Below are positions 11,466-23,453 of a stretch of 64,000 nucleotides of DNA, in pieces (the first letter of the stretch is position 1; each line of letters starts with the position of its first letter). The notes beneath the pieces were generated by a model. That model saw only the letters and a list, made by a program, of their open reading frames with translations. It made no database searches and had not been told where the DNA came from. Position numbers and translations under genes: made by a program. This DNA comes from Bilabrum cf. latius (taxonomy: Eukaryota), in the NCBI GenBank assembly GCA_965178125.1, contig OZ237746.1:868001-932000 (forward strand), given 5' to 3'.

Positions 11466-14400
11466 ATGCGCTGGAGTGCTGCCAGTGGCGGAGTCTGTCT
11501 CCGTCGACCGAGTCAGCGAGCGTCCTGCAGTACGCACGTGACTCACAGGCTTCTTATGATGCTGACCTGCATCCAAATTTCGCATCAAACAGCTAGTGTA
11601 CCTCTTCCCGGTGCCCCGGGCAGCAACCGGCAGCAGTCGCTGCCATCGAGAATGCTGCAATCTTCGCCATCTCCCACGCCTCTGGTAGGCTACGGCGCTG
11701 CGAAGCCTATTTCTGACGTGTGGCCTCGTTCACCAATGGTCGAGGCCATGGGCCGTCTGTTTTTTTAGGGAGGGCACCCGCAAACTGGTGATGAGCTGTG
11801 GATGTCGGATGGAGAATCTGCCTCGCTCGTCCAAGACGCAGCCCCTGGACAGCTTAGCTCCTCTCCCACCGGCATGATAGAGTTCAATGGCCGCCTGTAC
11901 TTTGCAGCCACTGAACCTAGCTCGGTATCGTTCCCGCCGAGCGAGCTGTACTCGTATGACCTCGCTGCAGTGGTCCGGGGCGACGCGGTCAACGCCACGA
12001 GGGAGCCTAGCACCGGAAGAGATTTGGGAACCGATCCAAAATACATGTGTAGGTACAAGGGGCTGGGTCCAGATGCTCTCTACTTTGCAGGCCGGGAGGC
12101 ATCCTGGGCGACGTCGCTGTTTCGGTACAATGGGACCGGCCAGGCCCTGGAACTGGTCCGCGGCACGAGCGGTGTTAGCCCGAAGGAACTGACCGTGTTT
12201 GAAGGCAAGCTGTTCTTCGCAGCGTACGTGATTCAGCCCGAAGATCTCAACTGGGAGGTGTTCTGGTACAACGGCAACGGCACCATGCACCTCCTGGCGG
12301 ACATTGCCCCGGGGGGCGGCGATTCGAGGCCGGGCTGGCTCACCCCAGCCCCCGGGCTGGGCCTCTTCTTCAGTGCCACCATGGGCAGCGGCCAGCCGAC
12401 CCAGCTGTTCATTGTTCCTTCGGCCGGTACCGAGGTGGCTGGGGGCAGCAGCTCCGCATCCTCCGGGCCAGTGACCTCTCCAAAAGCCCCCATCCCAGTG
12501 TTTAAGCCGGGTGAGGGCATCCCTGTGCCGCGTGAATTTGTGCTGCTGCCGGACGGACGGACTCTCGTGTTTGCGGGTGACCCAGGGAACAACGATGACA
12601 ACACGGGACTGTTCAGGATCGACGTGGAAGGTGTGGGTACTCCTGGGTACAACGCCACGCCTGTCGAGACCCTGGCCCAAGGGAACAGATGGGAGTCTGT
12701 GAACATCCGATACACGGCCATCGGGCCGGGAGGCTCGCTCTACATGCAGGCAGGCATAGATAGGGACACGTACGGGACGGAGCTGTGGGTGTACGACCCG
12801 ACCGTGGCTTCCTTCGTGTTCCTTGCAGTGGACATCATCCCGGGGCCGAGCAGCTCCTACCCGGAGTATCTAAAGGGGTACACCAGGCCAGGATCTCCCA
12901 GGGAACAACTGTTCTTCGGGGCCGTGGATGGCAGGCCGGGCTCCCTGTCCCGGGTGGTGCTGTGGGCGTACAACGACACAGCCAGACCCACCCCCTCGCC
13001 CTCCACCACCAGCACGGCCACCGCCAGCCCCTCGCCCTCTAGCTCTGGGACACCATCCGCCTCAGGCACTCCGTCTTTTACGCCCTCGCCCACCCCGGAC
13101 ACCACCCCCACCGGCTCGCCCTCGCCCTCCTCTTTCCCCTGGGGGCAGGGCTCGGAAGGCTCTCCGGGGTACGATGCGGCATCGTTCTCGGGGTCGGTCT
13201 ACATGCAGGTATCAGTCCTGGGCTCACTCACCGCGTACCGTGATCCGGAATCAGAATCGATGCGGCCCCCCGAGCTAGAGATGCCCCGGCTGCAGCGGCT
13301 CGCGCCCGGGGCGGTGTCCGAGCTGGCTCAGCTGGAGGCCGTGAGGGGGCGGGCCTGGGCAGGGAACAACTCGTGGACGAGTCGATTCCGGGTCATGGGT
13401 GCCCGCCCCGAGATTGGCGTGGTGACTCGCACGGGCGTGCTGGTGGAGGTGCTGCGCGCAGAGGGGGCATTGGCGCAAGGCCAGGGCCAGGGTGAGACTA
13501 CTAGCAGGGTGGTGAGGGCCAGGGAACTGAGGCAGCTGGTGGACGAGCGACTGGTGGGCATGGCGGCCTCCGCGGGTGGGCTGGTGGGTAATAGCAGCAC
13601 GGGGCTGCAGGTGGTGCTGGCCCTGGGCGCACCCTCGGCTGTTCCCTGCCCTTGCTTCGAGGGCGCGTGGAGGGTGCCTCTGACGGATGACGAGTGTCCG
13701 TACAGGCAGGTGGACACCAGGATAATCACCGGGCTGGTGCTGGGGCTCGCTGCATGTGTGCCCCTACTAGCTGGAGGCTTGTTCTTTGGTGGGTTTGCGA
13801 CCTTCAGCGGTGCCGTGACGGTCGCAAGCGTGGGCCTTCAGGTGCTGGATGTGGTGAGTGACGCGAGCTTCACCTACCAGCTGGTGCGCGAGCGAGCCTG
13901 CGATGAACCCGCACTCGTCACACTGGCCGCGGTGTCCATTGCGGCCTCGATCACGGCGAACCTTCTCCTGTCGCTGTACCTCCTCCGCGGCTGGCCCGTC
14001 ACCGGCATGCCTCACCACGCGGGCAAGCACTGGAGCGACGTGTTCGGCGTGGCGTTTCTGTCCCTATTCGGCGTAAAGGCCATGGAGCTTCTGACCAGCC
14101 AGCTGTTCGGAAGGAGCGGCCTCAGCCTGTACCCAACCGACGAGCCAGTGGACCTGGCGAGGAAGCGAGAGCTCTCGCACCGCGTGCGGCTGCTGTCCGT
14201 GCCCCAGCTGGTGGTGGAGGACGCGGTGCAATTCGGAGTGCAGGTGTACGTTCTGGCCGTGGGGAGGAGAGGGAGGAGCAATCTGGCGGTGCTGGTGGCG
14301 CTCGTGTTCACGGGACTGAACGTGCTGAGGAACGTTCTCGGGGTGCTCATGAGTTCGCTGGGGCTGGAGGAGCTGGAGCTGGTGTCCAGGAGCACCCAGA

Positions 14401-15266
14401 TCGAGCAGGAGCAGGGGCATGGGCATGGGCATGGGCATGGACATGGACATGGGCGGGGGCGGGGAGGTGGCCGGGTTCAGGATGGTGGGCGTGGGCTCGT
14501 GCAAGGCGCGCCAGTGAGCAGGGCACTGGCCCTCGACAGGAGCGGAGACTCGTCTCTGGACTGGAGCAACCCCCTCCTGGCTATAGTGAGCTGGGTGTCG
14601 GGGGGCAGCCAGAGATCGGACGCGAGTTTTGGCTCCGAGTTGGCCCCTGTGGCGTGGGTCGGTGGTGCGGCAGCAGTCCCGGTGGAGTCGTCGTCGTTGT
14701 CGGCGAGCGGCAGCACCCGCACTGGGACCCTGGGAGCGTCGATCGCGAGCGGTTCGGATCAAGGCTTGGGTCGTGATTCAGCGTGCGCTCTGTCAGTGGT
14801 GCAGTCATAGGGTGGCACCACTGGGCCAAGAACAGCGGGGGCGTGCAGGGCAAGGCACGAGATCGAGCTGGCGGGGGTGCATGAAAGTGCCTCTTCGTGC
14901 TGCTCGCCCCTGTCGTCCTTATCCCCTGGGAGATCGCAGGATATTGCTGGCACGACTGCGGCGCGAGCGACAGGCGGTGCAGGTGAGGGCACCTGCGCTG
15001 GGCGCCGAGGGCCCCAACTGGGGTCCTCCACCATCAACCCGCTGCTGGGGGCAAGGTCTGAGGCGGCTTCCGACGCAGTGCACGAGCTGGAGGCAGAGGT
15101 GACTGCAAGTGCGGGCGGGAGGGGCCGGCGCGGTGCAATTCCCAGCGGAGGTTTATCCTTCGCTGCAGACGATGCGTTGGAGCAGAAGTAGATCGAACAG
15201 GGACAGGGACAGTAGGGACGAGGTGAATAGCGGGGCACGAAGGGTGGGGCAGGACAGGTTGTATGA
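11466..15266 (+). CDS. ELWxxDG(T)-repeat beta-propeller ectodomain, Ser/Thr/Pro stalk and multi-TM C-terminal region
   Basis: Motifs GDELWMSDG, GRLYFAA, GKLFFAA, DIAPG, GTELWVYD and DIIPGPSSSYP. The frame stays open across TAGs at 11766, 14808, 15189, 15213 and 15228 to TGA 15264. The start codon is uncertain. Confidence 0.75.
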
Positions 15267-16162
15267 GGCGCTGTGACCTGATCATGGGCGAAGAACGCGA
15301 GAGGCGTGCTCTGCTTCAGCAATTCGACTTGAGCACGAGTGCCAGTACTACCACTGGCAAGACAGAAAACTCACAGTCGGTCAAGATGAAGTGGTATATA
15401 TACCAGCACTTGTGTATTAAGTGTGGGAATGGGTTGCGATGCGCCTGGACGTAACGAAATGTCACGCTTTGCATGACTGGAGCACTTGCTCCAGATTGCG
15501 CAAGTGCCCGTGTGGTCTCATCTAGACTAAATTTGCATACTAGTAATACGGACCATTACTAGTAGTCACACAATCATTTCAAAAACGTGTGCAAGATGCG
15601 CACGCTCTCCTGCTAGCGCGGCGGTGCTAGAGCAGTGCTGCTCGTGCCTTGCGCATGTTTCTGTGCACTGGCTGCTTTGCAGGCCAAACACTTGTTTAAT
15701 CGCGAATAAAGATTGCACCACTCCTGCATTTATCGCGTACTCACTTTCGAGTATGCGGCCGACGCGAATATTGATGGTTGTCTGACTATACGATCGGTAC
15801 GACCCGCGGCTGACGGCAAATCACAGATCCGGTACATTTTGCGAGCCTGCCAAACCGGAACTAACAATCGTCGAGCGGGGTGCACCTCGACGAGAACTGC
15901 ATCCCAAGCCGAACCAAACAAACATTGTATACTCATAACATAGTAACGAGCACGTGTAAGTTATATGCTGAAGATGCTAACGCCATCATAATTCGAGCCG
16001 CTGTCGTCATTTTGGATGCCTGGCTACACGTTGAACCTGGAGATACCCAGTTCCAAGTTCGAACTCGCAGACGATCACGCTATCCCTGCAGATATTGCAG
16101 ATCCAGGGACATCTGTTGGCTAAATCGACATTATTAAAAGCTGACGCCTACGTAACTGCAGC

Positions 16163-18100
16163 ATGGGGCGGCGTCTGACCAAGCTACCGTCCCTGGAGGC
16201 GCTCTTGCTCGTAGCCATGCTCCTCATCCGATATTACCGAGCATGTGCTGATTCGAAGGGAACTGATGGGGATACCATTATCACATTTATGAGTCATTTG
16301 TATGCGCTGGCGTGTCCGCGCGGAGTGCTGCAAAACACCAAGTTGCCGGCAGTAGCGAGCTTTCACAAGCTGCGATCGAGGCAAGCCGAGAGCAGCACTC
16401 GCGGCAGGAAGGGCAAGAATACGGCGTTTGCCAACAAGTGCAAACAGATCGAGACGGAGCTATCTGCCCAGCTGGAGCTGACCAACACCAAGAAAAAGGC
16501 GAACGGATTCAAGGTCACGCACGAGCAGATCTCGGCCCTCATCACCTCGGTGCTGCCAGGCGCGTGGGAGAGCCCACCAGCCGTGGGCAAGCTGGACCCC
16601 ATCCTCGGCATGCCCCTGCACGAGTGGGCCAGTGCCGCGCTGAGCTGCCTGCAGGGGCGCCCAGCGGTCCAGGAGCAGGCGGCCATCGACCGCAGCACCG
16701 GGCGCGTGACCGCCCAGTGGCAGGCGAGGACGGCAGAGGTGGCGGCCATGCGGGCCAGGGCCAAGGAGGGCGGGGGGGACGAGGCCCCCACCACGGGGTC
16801 CACAGCGGCTAGTACCCCTGGCACCACCCTGCCACAGGGGGGGGCATGCGAAGGGGACGACACGAAGGAGGGGCCGGGGAGGAGCATGCGAAGGGGAGGG
16901 GCCAGGGCAGCAACTCAGAGGGCCGTCCCGGGAGGCGTCGTGCGAGCTGGATCTGGATCTAAGGCGGTGAATGCGAGGATGAGTTCAAGGGCGCGGGGGC
17001 GAAGGAGAAGCGAGGGGGTGGTTTCAACAAGGACACTGACGCGATCCAAGAAGAGGGGGAGGCAACAGGTGTCTAGGCGAAGCGCGCGCATGGCGACAAA
17101 GAGGCGCCAGGGGTGTGACGAGGACGAGGATGAGGACGAGGACGAGGTTGGGGCAGGGTCGGGACAGGGGTGGAGTGGCACCATGGGGGGCGATGCAGCC
17201 GAGCCTGCATCCAAGAGCGAGCAGGGACATGGGCAGGGGCACCCAGGCTCAGCCCCCTCCCCCTTTCCCTCCTCCTCCTCCTCCTCTTCGTCTGCTGCGA
17301 GCTCCTCCTCCTCCTCCTCCTCCTCCTCCTCTTCCTCTGCAGAGGGGGAGCTTACCCCCACCCCATGGGCCTATCCCGATGAGCTTCAACCGAGCAAGCC
17401 CGTGGGCATGGCCTCGCCCATGGGTCGCGCCCCCAGGAGCCCCCAAGGAACAGGGCTAGACCCCCACGTTGGTGACCCGTGGAGCTAGGGATGCGCCACC
17501 CCGGAGGGGGGAGTGACGAGTGGGGCGCCCCTGGGACCTGATGTGTGTGACGACGACGAGTGGGAAAACGGTGCTGGCGAGCATGCGGCCGAGGATGAGA
17601 AGGAGATGGAGAAGTAGGTTGCTCGCTTCAGCCAGCAGCCATGTGAACTCGAGGACGGCTGCGACTTTGAGCCATGGGTCCCATGGGGGCTGGAGCAGGC
17701 GACGGAGATGGCGATTGCGCTGCTACGTCAGAACTGCAAGCAGGAGGTAGACATGGATCTCGCGGGATTTGAGTAGATGCACACGCTGGGCGTGATGCCG
17801 ATCCCCATCCTGGGCCAGCACGCCATGAGGGGCTGCGGGCAGGTGTGGGCCGGCCGACTGCTGGGGGTGCCAATGGGCAAGGAGCACAAGGAGATGGGCC
17901 CGGGCGGGTGGGCGCTGGATGGCGAAGTGCGCCTGGACGTGCATGCGGATGAACAGGCGATCGAGGTGGTTGCAGTTTTGGGTAGCAAGCGGGATAGGGG
18001 CGCAGGCGAGGAGACAGTCGGCCCCGACGAAAGTGGCTCGTCAGGGGCTTGTGACGAGCGAGTATACTTTGCTCGGTCGCAAAAGAGGCACCGATATTGA
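16163..18100 (+). CDS. Hypothetical low-complexity protein (possible upstream exons)
   Basis: ORFs 16163-17488 and 17777-18100 share a frame bridged only by TAG codons; ends at TGA. Confidence 0.5.
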
Positions 18101-20184
18101 CAGTTTTTGATACATGTGTTTTTTTGCATTGCTAGGGTGTGCTTGATGACTACAAATGTTTTGGAACTCGGCGAACCTGAACCTGGTCCGAAGCACTTTA
18201 GTTGATCCGGATGGAATGCACCGGCATAGGCCTACACCAGGATCGCCAGGTTCATGCTACACCAACTTGAAGCGCCTGGAGACGGTCACGTGGGTCACAG
18301 GTGCTGTGATTGTATTGAGTGCTGTTCGGACGTGCAGAGGTGGCTGATGCTGACCACCCCTACCCCACACCCCCCCCCCCCCCTCCCCCCTACCAGGTAG
18401 AAGTGGTCCAGCGGATCAACGATGCGCTGGATGCAGACCGGAGGAAGTGGCCGGTGGAGGTTGGCAGGGGCGCTGGTGGGGGATAGACCAAAGTGAGAGG
18501 AGCCGCGGCGACTGCTTCGGTGGCGGGTGGAGGCGCGAGTGGACTTGGAGTTGCCCTTATGACCCCGAGGGTGTCCTCCTCTCAGTAGACTGACACTGGA
18601 ACTGAAGGGGAGGCATGGTTCCAGGCATAATGGCAATCTTCCGAAGGCCTAGTTAAGCATGAATGAGGTCCTGGGACTAGCTGAAGGCTAGCGGCGGATG
18701 GGAGAACACAGAGACAGCGGGGTGCAAGCTGTCACAAGCTGTATCGATGGCGTGCAATGCATACATGCTGCTGAGTTCGATCGTGCTTCTACCCTTCACA
18801 TTTCTGGTGTTGCGGCTTGGCGGTGGCATCACAGGGGCGTCCATCCCGGGGGATTGGGAGTTGCTCGTCTCGCTGCTGGCTGGCAACACGCTGGCCCACG
18901 GGGGTGCAGTGGGGCTCGGCGAGAGCAGTGAAGTGGGAGCGGGCGCGTCGTATGACGAGTGCCTGGGGGTGTCCTGGGTGACATGCAGCACGGTGGAGCT
19001 CTGACAACGAAACGAGTTGCGTGCGAATTGCTGGGGTGATGAAGATGAATAAGTACTTGCACCAGGGGTGGACCTGGGAGGGCCGTGCCTGAGGTGGGAT
19101 TGCCAGCCTCCCATGCTCCGGTTCTCCCATGACGGGCACACTGCCTGGCCCCGCCCCGCCCGCACAAGATTAGCAGCCATGGCACACAACGGCCATGCGA
19201 CCCGCCGCATGTTAGCCTCCAGCAAGCCTACACGCGTGTCATGCTCTGGAGCATGCTCTCCACCACCGATACATGCGGGAGTTCCGACGGCCGCAAAATA
19301 GCGGTTGTAACCTGCTCGTGTTGAACTTTCAAGTAGAAGATTAAAACCTGCTCGTCTAGAGGAACCGGTCGACACTCGCCAAGGCTTGGAGTGAGCATCT
19401 TTTCAGAGCTCACATGCAATGGTGGAGTATGCTTCTATGGGCTTGCATGGTATTCGTGCCATCACTTTCGTATGCAGCAGTCGTGATGGCGTAGAGAGAG
19501 GCCCTCCATCTGCCACGACTATCGAGCTCATCTATTGATGTTCGCTTCCATGGATGGAAGGATATGGGACAGACTGATGGTCTTCATCCGGATGGCTTCA
19601 TTCCGAACCTAGACGGATTATCTGGTGCTTTGCAGGTGGAGTAGGGGGAGACCAAACGTGCACGGCTGGACAGGAACGCAACGAGCCTGGGATTTGTACC
19701 AGTTCTAAAGATATTCGGGAAGATCCAATCATCAGAGGCACCTGTCAATCATAAAGCGAGTAATAATTAGGATGGTAGCACGAAAAACAGCCAATGCAGC
19801 CGGATTGGTCCAATCCGTGCGTTCGCCAAGGCCCTGCAGCTGGTACTGCAAGATCGCTCCCATGAACTGGCAAGTCTGGTCAAGCACCTGGGCAATTCAA
19901 CATCACTGCTGTTTGAGAATGAGGACGATGCACCAAGTCTCCTGGATCCCCTGAATACTCTCAGGTCGAATCGCAACGCCGGTTCCCCGGTTTGGAAGTA
20001 TGTTCTGACTAGCATGCCATCAATAGATAGCGCCGCCGCCACTTATATTGGCACTCCATTGCACCGCGCGCTCGATGTCGCAGCCCGACTGGGCATCGTG
20101 CGGGGTGCGGTCAGGCCGGCGGATCTGGTGCTAGACCTCTTGGACGCTGGCAGCTCCATCGCGACCTTCCACTAGTCCCCCGGT

Positions 20185-22719
20185 GTGTCAACGCCACAAG
20201 GAGGTGTGGGGATGCACGAAATATGTGCGCTGCTAGGACGGTCCGGTTCTCAGTGTGCCTTGCCAGCAGATAGGCCCGACCGAAGCAACGCATCCTCCCA
20301 CTGGCAGCTTGCAACCCCAACTGCTGCCTCCCGCGATGGTCCCGATGGTCCAATGCCAGCGGTTGGGCCACTCACGATGGAGACCAACACAACGATGCTG
20401 CAGGGGCATATAAGCAGCACGTGGCAGTCCATCCGTGAGCGCCGACGCTCCCGCTACACGGACAGGATCGTAGCGGCAAGGGGAGGTCGCCCCCCTACTG
20501 CTGCTAGCAGTAGTAGTAGTAGTAGTACTGGAGGTGGAGGTGGAGGTGGAGGTGGAGGTGCGGCTTCCATCGTCCCCCTAAGTGCAGCTGACGGTGGGTC
20601 CAAACGTAATGAAAGCGCTTTGTTGGAAGCGCTACGGGCCTATCAATTAGGCAAGGGGGTCGATCATCCCGGTGGCATGCTCCCCTACAGCGGGTTGATC
20701 GACCCAGCTGCGTTGCGAGTGAGCAGAGGGGCCGCGTACATGGCGACTGGGTCGTGGTTTTTGAGGTTAGCGGGGCATCAGATCACTCGTGTAGGTGATA
20801 ATGTAAGGGTGTATCAGGCAGGCGATGGGCCGTGGGGGCTGTTCAGGGGACTTGCAGGTGTCATTGGTGCAGTCAAGGAGGCGGAGCCAGGGGGTGGGGC
20901 AGGGGGACGAGGTGCCGGTGCCCCTGTAAAGAGTGGACCGGGCGGTGTTCAAAGGTCCATACGGATGCGCAGTGCCATACATAGGGAGAGAGCATTAGCG
21001 CGAATGATCGAGACGGAGGCCATGGGAGGAAGGCAGGCAAGGCGACTGGCTCAGCCGGACGCTTTGCCCACTGCCCTCGCACCATCAGCCATGATGCATC
21101 CTGACCAGTGGCCATCCATGATTCAGGGGTGGATTTCCGGCTTGTCAAGGGCAATACGCGCCTACGAGGCAGCCGAAGCCGACGAATCCTCGGCTCCCGG
21201 AGGGCTGCAGGCGGCGGACGAGGGGGTGCGTGCGGCAGTGCGAGGCATGTCCGTGCGGGTGCCAGCTGGCCACTGCCTGCAGGAGCCCTCCCCTAGTCCC
21301 TCCTCTGCCCGAGCAGATACAGGACCTGCGGATGCATCTCCTGGTGATTCCGATTTTGTTCCCTGGCAGCTGCAGCCGCCTGAACCGTAGGATGTGGCTG
21401 TGACGACGGACGCCACCCCCCTGGCATCCTACCTCGTGTGCAGGAGCAGGGAGGCGATGAATGGAGGGGCGCGTAGATTGGCATACGTCTTAAACGCACA
21501 GGCCCCGCCGATGGTGCCGCTGCGCGGACGCCTTGCCTCTCTCGATGGCCGGTTCTATGGTGTCCCAGGTGACCCACGTCACGTGACAGCCGAGGGGGTT
21601 GAGGCTGGGTGCATGGATCGATCAGCAGTCAGGAGAATGGAAATGGAAGGACACGGAAGGAGCGATTCAAGCAACGGGGTAGGTAGTGCAGGTGATACTG
21701 CCAATAAGGATGACAATGGAGGTAATAATGGTAGCAGTGGCAGTGATGGTGATGTCACCCCGCCACTATGGGGAGTGCTTGACCCCGTCCTCTATCGACT
21801 GAGCCAGGAACCCGGACCGTGGCATTCAGACTCCATGATGGACAGATGGATCATCGAGCACGTATTCCCTGGACTAGAGGGCGGATTTTTTGTGGAGGCA
21901 GGGGCGGTGGACGGCGTCACTTCAAGCACAACCAACGTGCTGGAGGACAGCTACAAGTGGAGGGGCGTGCTGGTGGAGAGCCGGACGGAGGGTTGCGAGG
22001 TGGCAAAGAGAAAGAGGCCGCGCAGCACTGTCATACAGGCCCTCCTCGGTCCATCCCCTCCACAGCGCCCAGCATGCCACAGTAAAGGCACCGCATCCCC
22101 TCAGGCTCTAGCAGCCGATGAATGCGTCGAGGAGAGCGGTAACAGGGAAGGCAACGCAGGAGGGCCGCAAGATGATGACTACGTGCTGCTGGTCCCCTAT
22201 GATCCCAGTGACAGCATCATGCTCACTGCTCGGTACGTACCCGCCGCCTCGGTTCGCGGGATGGAGGTCGTGATGGACGAGCTGGAGAGAGGGCTTGCAT
22301 GGAGACCTGCGTGGGATCGAGGGCTGGTCAAGTCCCGCCCGTTGGAGTCCATCTTGCGTGAGGCAGGCGCGCCAAGCTTCATCGAGTTTCTGACGCTGGA
22401 CGTGGAGGGCTTCGAGTGGGAGGTGCTGAAGAATTTCGATTTCTCGGCATTTGTGTTCGGGGCCATTGCGCTCGAGCACAACGGGGAGCAGCCGAAGAGG
22501 GCGCGGCTATCTAAGCTGCTGCTAGAAAACGGGTACGTGAGAGAGTTTGCATGGCATGCTGACGACCTTTGGCTGCATGGAGACGTGGCCAGGCGGCTGT
22601 GGGGGAGGGAACAGGAAGCTAGGAGGAGGAGGAGAGGCAGGGCAAGAAGGGCCGATTTCGCCGGTGGGCTCGATTGGTCAAGTCTGGTTGAGGTACACAC
22701 AGACCGCCTGCAGTGGTAA
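20185..22719 (+). CDS. Protein with C-terminal FkbM-family (Methyltransf_21) SAM-dependent methyltransferase domain; 5' exons unresolved
   Basis: Motifs GFFVEAGAVDG, WRGVLVE and IEFLTLDVEGFEWEVLKNFDF. ORFs 20185-21390 and 21394-22719 are joined by a TAG; ends at TAA. Upstream coding-like sequence at about 19.7-20.2 kb is probably additional exons. Confidence 0.75.
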
Positions 22720-23453
22720 CGTCTTTGAAGACGCAGGCTTCTGCGCAAAGTATGCGTGCCTAGACCGCACCACATACTTTTTCTTGCAGTATTGTTCATT
22801 CCACCTGCTCCTTGGGCTCCGACAAGACCTCCCCTCCGTCAAACCGCGAGCCCCACCCCGAGCGACAAGCAATTGCTCCACTCTGGCGGCGCAGCCGAAC
22901 CAGGTCTCGAGCTTGGCCCCGCCCACACGGCCGTTCCAGGAGTTATCCGCAATCTTGCTTCTAATATGTCTAAATCAACGTCCAGGCGCCCCAAAGTTGC
23001 CTCGACCTGCCCTGCGGCCGAGATACGCGACGGATGCGGTCGCAAGGCACCTCCTCACGCAGTGGGTGCGGCAGGTACGCGCCCTTCATAGCACCATCGC
23101 GCACTCAAGGGCCACCCACTCTAGCTCAATCGACACCTGTGCGCTGAATTCGCGGTGAGTGGGCCACTGGGCTGCATTGCGGGGCCGGTAGTTGCCGGCG
23201 AGGCCCGAGGCAGCGGCGGTGCGACCACAGGCGGCAGAGGTGCGCCCAGACAAAGAGGAAGCGATGCATGGGATGCAGTGCGCTGTCACAGGGTTTACAT
23301 CCGATCCGGATAGTGTGAGAACACAATTAAGATTTGGCCCTTTGAGCTCTCAAATCGCACGCGGCTAGTGAAATACATAACTTCTCCCTCATCTGCCTGT
23401 CCATTCGGAGCTGCCCACACACCCCACCTCAATCCCGCGTGCCACACCCCACC

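Noticed and set aside
18150-20184. Separate gene(s), including an ankyrin-like TPLHRA motif near 20056
   Set aside because: The exon structure could not be resolved and a single motif is insufficient. This is probably the 5' part of the FkbM-domain gene.
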